Below, piece after piece: positions 47,073-54,844 of a stretch of 64,000 nucleotides of DNA (the first letter of the stretch is position 1; each line of letters starts with the position of its first letter). The notes under the pieces were generated by a model. The model had not been told where the DNA came from and ran no database searches. It was given only the letters and a program-made list of their open reading frames with translations. Position numbers and translations under genes: made by a program. The stretch is from Candidimonas sp. (GTDB lineage Bacteria; Pseudomonadota; Gammaproteobacteria; Burkholderiales; Burkholderiaceae_B): positions 25,058 to 89,057 of the forward strand of contig DATJBV010000015.1 of NCBI GenBank assembly GCA_035515055.1, in the 5' to 3' direction.

Positions 47073-47098
47073 AAAACCTTGATGGACATCAAGGTTTT
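47073..47098. promoter_or_regulatory. 26-bp palindrome AAAACCTTGAT-GGAC-ATCAAGGTTTT containing a perfect FNR-type box (47079..47092)
   Basis: Perfect 11-bp arms. Centre is 66.5 nt upstream of ATG 47152. An extended -10-like element TGcTACTAT lies at 47113-47121. Confidence 0.55.
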
Positions 47099-47123
47099 TG
47101 CGCTTACCCGAGTGCTACTATCC

Positions 47124-47142
47124 GCAACTGCTAATCATTCTC
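47124..47142. promoter_or_regulatory. candidate Fur box
   Basis: GCAACTGCTAATCATTCTC matches 14 of 19 positions of GATAATGATAATCATTATC (hand alignment). It lies just downstream of the putative -10 of the uptake operon. Confidence 0.3.
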
Positions 47143-47151
47143 ATTACCATT

Positions 47152-48165
47152 ATGACCAACCCCGTCGCCAAATTACTGCGAATATCACGACGCCTGGTGG
47201 CGGTCGCCTCGTGCGGCGCATCCATTGCGCTCGTATCGACGGCGGCTCAGGCTGCGCCAAAATATCCGAAGCTGACGCTCGCCGGCCCAACGGCGGTCGT
47301 CAGCTTCCCGTTGCTGCACATGGTGGAAACCAATGCCTTGGCCTGGTACACCGACAAGCTGACCTTCCGCTTGTGGGAGAACCCCGATCAGTTGCGCGTC
47401 CTGTTGACCAAGAAACAAATCGACTTCAGCGCGGCACCCAGCAACCTTCCCGCCCTCATGGCTAATCGCGGCGATCCCGTGCGTCTTTTGAACATCTCGG
47501 TCTGGGGCATTCTCTGGCTGGTCAGCCGCGACCCCGGCGTCAGCAACTTCGCCGACCTTGGCGGCAAGGAGCTATTGGTGCCGTTCCAGCGCGACCTGCC
47601 CGCCGTGCTGCTCGACACCTTGCTCGCCGCCCAAGATTTTTCCGCTGGCGAAGCGCCACGGCTGCGGCGCACGCGGGACTCGCAAGACGCCATTGCGCTC
47701 ATGCTTACGGGCCAGGGCGACCATGTGCTACTTGTCGAACCGACAGCCTCCCTGCTCATGGGGCGCAATAGGGAACAAGGCGGGGCGCCGCTCTACCGTG
47801 CACTAAGCCTGGAAACGGCCTGGAAGGAGAGCTTTCCCGGCCAAGCCGATTTGCCGCAGGCCGGCATCATGGCCAATTCCCACATCGCCCACGACACCGC
47901 GCTGGGCGCCGCGGTCGACAAGGCTTACGCCGCGTCGGCGGCATGGTGTTCGAGCCATGCACGGGAATGCGCCGAGCTCGTGCATCGCTACATCCCTCAA
48001 TTGCCTGTGGCACCCACTGAAGAAGCTATACGAGTCACCCGGCTCGAGAGCCGCCCCGCCCATAGCGTTCGTCCACAATTGGAAGCCTTGTACGGCCTGC
48101 TGGCTAAAAGCAATCCGCAAGCCATAGGCGGCCGCCTCCCTGACGCCGGATTCTACGGCCCATGA
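47152..48165 (+). CDS. ABC transporter substrate-binding protein (NMT1/SsuA/PhnD-like type)
   Basis: Trimmed to ATG 47152. Signal peptide ...VSTAAQA and a periplasmic binding-protein-like sequence. Stop overlaps the next start (ATGA). Confidence 0.75.
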   Translation: MTNPVAKLLRISRRLVAVASCGASIALVSTAAQAAPKYPKLTLAGPTAVVSFPLLHMVETNALAWYTDKLTFRLWENPDQLRVLLTKKQIDFSAAPSNLPALMANRGDPVRLLNISVWGILWLVSRDPGVSNFADLGGKELLVPFQRDLPAVLLDTLLAAQDFSAGEAPRLRRTRDSQDAIALMLTGQGDHVLLVEPTASLLMGRNREQGGAPLYRALSLETAWKESFPGQADLPQAGIMANSHIAHDTALGAAVDKAYAASAAWCSSHARECAELVHRYIPQLPVAPTEEAIRVTRLESRPAHSVRPQLEALYGLLAKSNPQAIGGRLPDAGFYGP

Positions 48166-48944
48166 ATACCCGGGCGTTGCGCAAGCCCTTGCGCACTTCC
48201 AGGGGCTGGTCGGCCGCGGGCGTGCTGCTATTACTGGCCGGTTGGCAAATCGCTTCCCACTACCTTGGCCCCATGCTCATGGCCAGCCCCGTGCAGGCAG
48301 TCATCTCTCTTGCCGTACTGGTGCGCAGCCCATCGTTCTGGGAACATGCGTCGGCCAGTCTCATGCGCATCGGCACCGGTGTCGGTTTGGGCTGCGCCAT
48401 CGGCCTGACGCTGGGCGTGCTGGCAGGCCATAACGCGCGCCTGCGCGGCTTGCTCGAACCCCTGCGCTGGCTGCTCATGGCCATGCCGCCTGTCGTCGTG
48501 GTCGTCCTGGCCATGCTGTGGTTTGGACTTGGATCCGCCATGGTCGTCTTCATTACCGTATTGATGATGGCGCCGGGGATGTATGTAAATACGGTCAAAG
48601 GCATGCTGCTGGTGGACCGTCCATTAATAGAAATGACGCACGTCTATCGCTTCGGCGCCTGGATGCGCCTGCGCCATTTGTACCTCCCGGCGTTGGCCGC
48701 ACCCCTGACTGCCGCCTTGCTGATCGCCACCTGCGGCGGCGTGCGCCTGGTCGTCATGGCCGAAGTGCTGGGCGCAGAAAGCGGCGCCGGCTTTGCATTG
48801 GCCAACGCGCGCGCCACCTTCGACAGCGGCGAGCTTTACGCGTGGGTGATATTGATATTGGGCCTGGTGGCCGCGCTCGAGTTCGCGCTGCTGCAACCCC
48901 TGCAACGGCGGCTGATGCTTTGGCAGGAGCCGAGCCATGTTTGA
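48162..48944 (+). CDS. ABC transporter permease (SsuC/TauC-type)
   Basis: Six hydrophobic segments; overlaps both neighbouring genes. Confidence 0.85.
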   Translation: MNTRALRKPLRTSRGWSAAGVLLLLAGWQIASHYLGPMLMASPVQAVISLAVLVRSPSFWEHASASLMRIGTGVGLGCAIGLTLGVLAGHNARLRGLLEPLRWLLMAMPPVVVVVLAMLWFGLGSAMVVFITVLMMAPGMYVNTVKGMLLVDRPLIEMTHVYRFGAWMRLRHLYLPALAAPLTAALLIATCGGVRLVVMAEVLGAESGAGFALANARATFDSGELYAWVILILGLVAALEFALLQPLQRRLMLWQEPSHV

Positions 48945-49554
48945 AATGCGCCAAGTATCGCTTGATTTCGGCCCCGCCCGGGTACTCGACTCCATCGACT
49001 TTCTCGTACGCCCCGGCGAGCGTATTGGCCTGCTGGGCGCCAGCGGTTCCGGAAAGAGCACATTGCTCAAACTGGCCGCCGGCGTGTTGAAGGCGAATCA
49101 GGGCGCATGCATCAATTCCTTTCGCCATTCCTTGCTTGTATTCCAGGAGCCGCGCCTATTGCCCTGGCGGCGTATCCACGAAAACATCCAGATCCCCTTG
49201 CGGGCCTCGGGTTGCACCAAGCAAGAGGCGCATCGCCGCGCCCTCCACTGGCTGGAGCGCGTTGGCTTGAGCGGGTGCGCGAATTCGTGGCCCGCGGAGC
49301 TTTCTGGCGGCATGGCACAACGCGCGGCGCTGGCACGCGCCTTTGCTCTTGAACCGGACTTCCTGTTGCTAGACGAGCCTTTCAGCGCCCTTGATCCAGC
49401 CTTGCGCATGATGCTGGGCAAGTTGTGCACCGATTTCGTGCGCGACACAGGCGCTGCCTTGCTGTGCATCAGCCACCATCCCCAGGAACTGGTCCAAATC
49501 GTGGATCGCTGCCTCCTGCTTGCCTCCGGCCAACTTCAGTCCTTTGAATCCTGA
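48937..49554 (+). CDS. ABC transporter ATP-binding protein
   Basis: Walker A GASGSGKS, signature LSGGMAQR, Walker B LLLDEP. Confidence 0.85.
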   Translation: MFEMRQVSLDFGPARVLDSIDFLVRPGERIGLLGASGSGKSTLLKLAAGVLKANQGACINSFRHSLLVFQEPRLLPWRRIHENIQIPLRASGCTKQEAHRRALHWLERVGLSGCANSWPAELSGGMAQRAALARAFALEPDFLLLDEPFSALDPALRMMLGKLCTDFVRDTGAALLCISHHPQELVQIVDRCLLLASGQLQSFES

Positions 49555-49558
49555 CCCC

Positions 49559-49999
49559 ATGACCTATCCCATCTTGCTCACCCTGCACCTGTTCGCCGCG
49601 TTGATGTTCATCGGCACCGTTTTTTTTGAAGTCTTGATACTGGAAAACGTACGCAAGCATGTACGGCGCGATGTCATGCGCACGCTGGAAACCGCCATTG
49701 GAAACCGGGCACGCCGCCTGATGCCGTGGGTATTGCTGGTGCTGTACAGCGCCGGCATCGGCATGGCGTGGTTTCACCGCGCCGCCCTTGCCCACCCTTT
49801 CGAGAGCAGCTTTGCCCTGCTGCTTACGCTCAAGATCGCGCTCGCGTTGAGCGTGTTCGGCCACTTCCTCGCCGCCATGACGCTACGGAGCAAGGGGCGC
49901 CTGAATGCCCGTCACTTCCAACGCATACACCTGAGCGTCTTCTGTCATATGGTCGGCATCGTTTTGCTGGCCAAAGCCATGCTTTACCTTAGGTGGTAA
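49559..49999 (+). CDS. 4-TM integral membrane protein of unknown function (CopD-like topology, tentative)
   Basis: Trimmed to ATG 49559, 4 nt after the ATPase stop. Four hydrophobic helices; no confident family assignment. Confidence 0.55.
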   Translation: MTYPILLTLHLFAALMFIGTVFFEVLILENVRKHVRRDVMRTLETAIGNRARRLMPWVLLVLYSAGIGMAWFHRAALAHPFESSFALLLTLKIALALSVFGHFLAAMTLRSKGRLNARHFQRIHLSVFCHMVGIVLLAKAMLYLRW

Positions 50000-50033
50000 G
50001 GCGTCATAGAAAACCTCCAACGAGAAAAAAAGC

Positions 50034-52103
50034 ATGTTTTCGACTATTCCCGTATGCCAGCGGATTGCCCTGTGCGCCGCCATTTGTTCGCTGCCGTCGC
50101 TTGGCGTCCATGCCGAGCCGGTCAACACCCTGACGCCCGTCGTGGTTACCGGCCAGGACGGCGCCACGCCATTGCAGCCCAGCATAAAAAAGGAACGGGA
50201 GCGCCTTAAGCGCGTGCCCGGCGGCACCAACCTGATCGAACCGCAAAAGGAAGTGCGGCTGGCAACACTGGGCGACGCGCTAAACCATCAACCCGGCATC
50301 GTCGTCCAGGAATTCTTTGGCGGCATCGACCAACCCCGGCTGAACATCCGCGGCTCCGGCGTGCAGAGCAATCCCGTCAATCGTGGCGTCCTGCTGATGC
50401 AGGACGGCTTGCCACTCAATGAGGCCGATGGCTCCTTCGTCATCGGTTTTCTCGAACCCCGCAACAGTTCGCTGATCAGCGTGCGGCGCGGCGCGAACGC
50501 GCTATCAGCGGGCGCCACGACGCTGGGCGGCGAGCTGGACTTCCAGTCGCTCACGGGAACGCAAAAAGACGAAATCGGCATCGAAGGCGGCAGCTTCGGC
50601 CGGCTAGGCGTTCATGGCGCGAAGGGCTTCGAGACGGATCAACTGGACGGGCGCATCAGCTTCAGCCACGACAAAGCCAACGGCTACCGCCACCACGCCG
50701 GGTCGGAACGCACCCAATTTCAAGGTAATTTTGGCGTACGCAACGGCAATTTCGAGAATCGCACTTACTTGTCATACACGGATCTTGAATTCGACATTCC
50801 CAACGTGATTCCCAAGGAACGCCTGAACAATGATCCCCGCAGCGTCATGGGGGACTATCCGGGGGACAGCGTGAACGTCTACAACCGGGATCCCAATCGG
50901 AAGTCGCGCCAATTCCGGCTGGCCAACCGCAGCTACTGGGGGACCGACAAGTTGAACCAGACACTTGGCGTGTATTGGCAAACCGTCGACGACACCTTCA
51001 CCAGCCCCGAAGTATCTTCGCCCACCACCGGCAACACCTATGGCGCGCAATGGCAGTTGGGCGGCACAGTGGGCACGCTGGATTACCGCCTGGCGCTGGA
51101 CTGGGCGCGCAGCGACATGGACCGCAAGCTGTACTCCGTGATGCCCACTGGTGCCCGCGGCTCGCGTAGCGGAAACTATGACTTGCACGCCGAGAACCGC
51201 AATGCCTTGATCGGCCTGGAATGGCATGTCAGCCCGCAATTCAGCCTGGTGGGCGACATCAAATACACCCAAGCCATACGCAATGCCGGCAACCGCGACC
51301 GCGCCGGCACGCTCGACCAGGACTGGTCGTATTCCACGCCGCGCGTCGGCGTCGTATGGACCGCCACCCAGGCCGTGCGCCTGTTCGCCAATGTAAGCCG
51401 CGGCAACGAAGCGCCGACCTATTGGGAAATCCTGCCCGGCGGGGCGCCTCTGGGTCCGCAACGCCTGGACTTGCAGCGCGCCACAACCTATGAACTAGGC
51501 GGCGGCGGCACCCTGGGTACGGGCTCGCTGGCAACGACATGGGATTTAACGATATACCGCAGCGAGATACGCGACGAGTTGATGCATGTCAGCAATGCCA
51601 ACGGCACGCTGGGCGGCGTCTACAACTACCGGGGACGCACTCGCCACCAAGGCCTTGAAGCGGGCCTGAGCGGCAGCTTGCCAGTGCCCGGCGTGGGCGC
51701 GCTCGACTACCGCGTGGCCTACACCTATAGCGATTTTCACTTCCGTGGCGGCGAGTTCGACGGCAATCAGATTGCCGGCGTGCCCAAACACCTCATCAGC
51801 GCCGAACTGATGTACCGCATCGGCGGCTGGCGCTTTGGCCCCAACCTGCGCTGGCTCGCGTCCAACACCCCAACCAATCATGCGAACACAGCGCGCACGC
51901 ATCAGGACGCCTATGCCATCTGGGGCTTGAAGGCGGCCTACCAGCACGATAAGCACTGGAATGCCTACCTGGCCGCCGACAATTTGGCCAATCGGACCTA
52001 CGCCAGCGCCTTTGTCATTCGCAATACCGGCATGGAGGCTGCGCCCACGTTCCTGTCGGGCAACGGCCGCAGTGTTTCGGCGGGTATCAATTACCGGTTC
52101 TAG
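50034..52103 (+). CDS. TonB-dependent receptor (siderophore/metal-chelate type)
   Basis: Signal peptide, TonB-box-like TLTPVVVTG, plug motifs (NIRGSG..., GVLLMQDGLPLN), and a terminal ...GINYRF. Confidence 0.9.
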   Translation: MFSTIPVCQRIALCAAICSLPSLGVHAEPVNTLTPVVVTGQDGATPLQPSIKKERERLKRVPGGTNLIEPQKEVRLATLGDALNHQPGIVVQEFFGGIDQPRLNIRGSGVQSNPVNRGVLLMQDGLPLNEADGSFVIGFLEPRNSSLISVRRGANALSAGATTLGGELDFQSLTGTQKDEIGIEGGSFGRLGVHGAKGFETDQLDGRISFSHDKANGYRHHAGSERTQFQGNFGVRNGNFENRTYLSYTDLEFDIPNVIPKERLNNDPRSVMGDYPGDSVNVYNRDPNRKSRQFRLANRSYWGTDKLNQTLGVYWQTVDDTFTSPEVSSPTTGNTYGAQWQLGGTVGTLDYRLALDWARSDMDRKLYSVMPTGARGSRSGNYDLHAENRNALIGLEWHVSPQFSLVGDIKYTQAIRNAGNRDRAGTLDQDWSYSTPRVGVVWTATQAVRLFANVSRGNEAPTYWEILPGGAPLGPQRLDLQRATTYELGGGGTLGTGSLATTWDLTIYRSEIRDELMHVSNANGTLGGVYNYRGRTRHQGLEAGLSGSLPVPGVGALDYRVAYTYSDFHFRGGEFDGNQIAGVPKHLISAELMYRIGGWRFGPNLRWLASNTPTNHANTARTHQDAYAIWGLKAAYQHDKHWNAYLAADNLANRTYASAFVIRNTGMEAAPTFLSGNGRSVSAGINYRF

Positions 52104-52167
52104 GCGCAATGGGTCTTGACGCATAATAGGGAACTCGGCAATCGCTACAACATTCCCCGGAGGCGTC

Positions 52168-52917
52168 ATGACCCAGAAGGCCACCACCGTACTCATTACC
52201 GGTGCCAGTCGCGGCATTGGGGCCGCCACCGCCTTGGCCGCCGCGCGCGAAGGCTACGATGTCGCCGTCAACTATCTGAACAATGAAGCAGCGGCGCAGC
52301 AAGTGGTCCAGGCGGTGCGGCACCGCGGCAGACGAGCCGTCGCCATCCAGGGCGACGTCGGGCGCCCCGACGACATCCACCGCCTCTTCGATGCGGCGCA
52401 GGAGCACTTGGGGCCCTTGGCCGCGCTGGTAAATAACTCGGGGATTACCGGTCCGATCGGGCCGTTCTCGCGAACCACCGAAGCCACCATAGAGCGCGTC
52501 TTCCAGGTCAATGTCCTGGGGCTGATGCAATGCTCGCGCTTGGCGCTGGAGAACTTCCAGGCACACGGCACGGCCGGCATTATCGTCAACGTATCATCGG
52601 TCGCCGCGCGTACAGGCAGTCCCAACGAGTATATTCACTACGCGGCCAGTAAGGCGGCGGTCGACACGTTTACATTGGGCCTGGCGCGCGAGGTGGCGGC
52701 CAGCGGCATACGGGTGTGCGGCGTGTCGCCGGGTTCTACCCTGACCGGCATACACGCGGCGGCGGGCGAACCCGGCCGCCCGGCCCGGGTAGCGCCCAAC
52801 ATACCCATGGGACGGCTGGCCCAGCCCGAAGAAATCGCCGAGGCCATCGTGTGGCTATTGTCGCCGGCGGCATCCTACATGACCGGCACGGTCGTGCAGT
52901 GCGCCGGCGGCTTGTAG
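52168..52917 (+). CDS. SDR family oxidoreductase
   Basis: TGASRGIGAA cofactor motif and YAASKAA catalytic motif. Preceded by GGAGG. Confidence 0.9.
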   Translation: MTQKATTVLITGASRGIGAATALAAAREGYDVAVNYLNNEAAAQQVVQAVRHRGRRAVAIQGDVGRPDDIHRLFDAAQEHLGPLAALVNNSGITGPIGPFSRTTEATIERVFQVNVLGLMQCSRLALENFQAHGTAGIIVNVSSVAARTGSPNEYIHYAASKAAVDTFTLGLAREVAASGIRVCGVSPGSTLTGIHAAAGEPGRPARVAPNIPMGRLAQPEEIAEAIVWLLSPAASYMTGTVVQCAGGL

Positions 52918-52950
52918 CGCTGGTTTTGCGTCCGACCCCGGCGCCGTTGG

Positions 52951-54810
52951 CTAGCCTAGCTGCGACACGTCTCTGACCGCGCCGCGATCCGCCGACGTTG
53001 CCAAGGCTGCGTAAGCCTTCAAGGCTTGAGACACCACGCGTTCCCGGTTGACCGGCTTCCACGCCTTGGGGCCGCGCGCGCCCATTTCCGTCCTGCGGCG
53101 GGCCAGTTCTTCGTCGCTGATGTCCAAGTGTATGGTGCGATTGGGAATGTCGATCCGGATAGTGTCGCCGTCGTTGACCAGGGCAATATTGCCGCCCTCG
53201 GCGGCTTCGGGCGATGCATGCCCGATCACCAGTCCCGATGAGCCGCCCGAAAACCGTCCATCGGTAAGCAGCGCCGTGGACTTGCCCAGGCCCTTGGATT
53301 TAAGGTATGAGGTCGGGTACAGCATTTCCTGCATGCCGGGGCCGCCTTTTGGGCCTTCGTAGCGAATGATCACGACATCGCCCGGCTTGACGACGTCGCC
53401 CAATATGGCCTCCACCGATGCTTCCTGGCTTTCGTAGACGCGGGCCGTGCCCGTGAATGTCAGTATGCTTTCGTCCACCCCCGCCGTCTTGACGATGCAA
53501 CCCTTGGGCGCCAGGTTGCCGTACAGCACCGCCAGCCCGCCATCCTGCGAATAGGCATGCGCCTTGGAACGGATGCAGCCTTTTTCCCTGTCCAGGTCGA
53601 GCGATGGGTAATAGCGGTCCTGGCTGAAGGCCACCTGCGTTCGCACGCCACCAGGGGCCGCCTTGTAGAACTCCCGCACTTCCGGTGTGGCGGCGTCTTG
53701 CGCCACGTCCCATGCCGCGATGGCCTTGCCCAGCGTGCCGCTGTGAACGTTGCCCGCGTCCATGTGGAGCAAGCCCGCGCGTCCCAGTTCCCCGAGTATG
53801 CCCAGAATGCCGCCGGCGCGGTGAACGTCTTCGACGTGGTACTTATCGGTCGCGGGCGCCACTTTGCATAGGCACGGCACGCGCCGCGAGATGCGGTCGA
53901 TGTCCGACATCGTGAATTCAACCCCCGCTTCCTGGGCGGCGGCAAGCAGGTGCAATACCGTGTTGGTGGATCCTCCCATGGCCACGTCCAGCGTCATCGC
54001 ATTCTCGAATGCCTCGAAGGTGGCGACATTGCGCGGCAGGACCGAGGCGTCATCCTGTTCGTAATAGCGCTTGCACAATTCCACGATGAGCTTGCCCGCA
54101 TTCTCGAACAGGCTTTTGCGCCGCGCATGCGTGGCGACCACAGTACCGTTGCCCGGCAATGCCAGGCCGAGGGCTTCGGTCAGGCAATTCATGGAGTTGG
54201 CGGTGAACATGCCAGAGCAGGAACCGCAGGTGGGACAGGCATTGCGCTCGGCCTCGGCCGCTTCGGCATCCGTCACCGTGGGGTCGGCCGCCTTGATCAT
54301 CGCATCGATCAGGTCTAGTTTCATCAAGACCTTCTGCGTGCCGGCCTCGACCACTTTACCGGCCTCCATGGGCCCGCCCGAAACGAAGACCACTGGAATA
54401 TTCAGCCGCATGGCAGCCATGAGCATGCCCGGGGTGATCTTGTCGCAATTGGAAATGCACACCATGGCGTCGGCGCAATGCGCATTGACCATGTATTCGA
54501 CCGAGTCGGCGATCAGCTCACGCGACGGCAGCGAATACAGCATGCCGCCATGCCCCATGGCAATGCCGTCGTCGACGGCGATGGTGTTGAATTCCTTTGC
54601 CACGCCGCCAGCCGCTTCGATTTGCCGCGCGACCAACTGGCCCATGTCCTTCAAATGCACATGCCCCGGCACAAACTGGGTAAAGGAATTGACGACGGCA
54701 ATGATGGGTTTTTCGAAGTCGTTGTCCTGCATGCCCGTGGCGCGCCAAAGTGCGCGCGCTCCGGCCATGTTGCGACCATGGGTGGAAGTGCGTGAGCGGT
54801 AATGCGGCAT
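52951..54810 (-). CDS. ilvD: dihydroxy-acid dehydratase, long (E. coli-type, about 619 aa) form
   Basis: Trimmed to ATG 54810 ([27 protein letters not shown]...). Motifs [23 protein letters not shown] and TDGRFSGG. Confidence 0.9.
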   Translation of the reverse strand: MPHYRSRTSTHGRNMAGARALWRATGMQDNDFEKPIIAVVNSFTQFVPGHVHLKDMGQLVARQIEAAGGVAKEFNTIAVDDGIAMGHGGMLYSLPSRELIADSVEYMVNAHCADAMVCISNCDKITPGMLMAAMRLNIPVVFVSGGPMEAGKVVEAGTQKVLMKLDLIDAMIKAADPTVTDAEAAEAERNACPTCGSCSGMFTANSMNCLTEALGLALPGNGTVVATHARRKSLFENAGKLIVELCKRYYEQDDASVLPRNVATFEAFENAMTLDVAMGGSTNTVLHLLAAAQEAGVEFTMSDIDRISRRVPCLCKVAPATDKYHVEDVHRAGGILGILGELGRAGLLHMDAGNVHSGTLGKAIAAWDVAQDAATPEVREFYKAAPGGVRTQVAFSQDRYYPSLDLDREKGCIRSKAHAYSQDGGLAVLYGNLAPKGCIVKTAGVDESILTFTGTARVYESQEASVEAILGDVVKPGDVVIIRYEGPKGGPGMQEMLYPTSYLKSKGLGKSTALLTDGRFSGGSSGLVIGHASPEAAEGGNIALVNDGDTIRIDIPNRTIHLDISDEELARRRTEMGARGPKAWKPVNRERVVSQALKAYAALATSADRGAVRDVSQLG

Positions 54811-54844
54811 GTGAGTCTCTGGAAGAATTGAAAAAAAGGCTTTA

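Noticed and set aside
47073-47098. Interpretation of the AAAACCTTGATGGACATCAAGGTTTT hairpin as a simple bidirectional rho-independent terminator.
   Set aside because: Both flanking genes start here rather than end here, so there is nothing to terminate. The core is a perfect FNR-type box at a class II distance from a -10-like element. I kept it as a regulatory finding, with the RNA-hairpin possibility noted.
49331-49346. Sigma54-like TGGCAC-N-TTGC sequence (TGGCACGCGCCTTTGC).
   Set aside because: The spacing is one nucleotide off the GG-N10-GC rule, it lies inside the ABC ATPase coding sequence, and there is no downstream gene start to serve.
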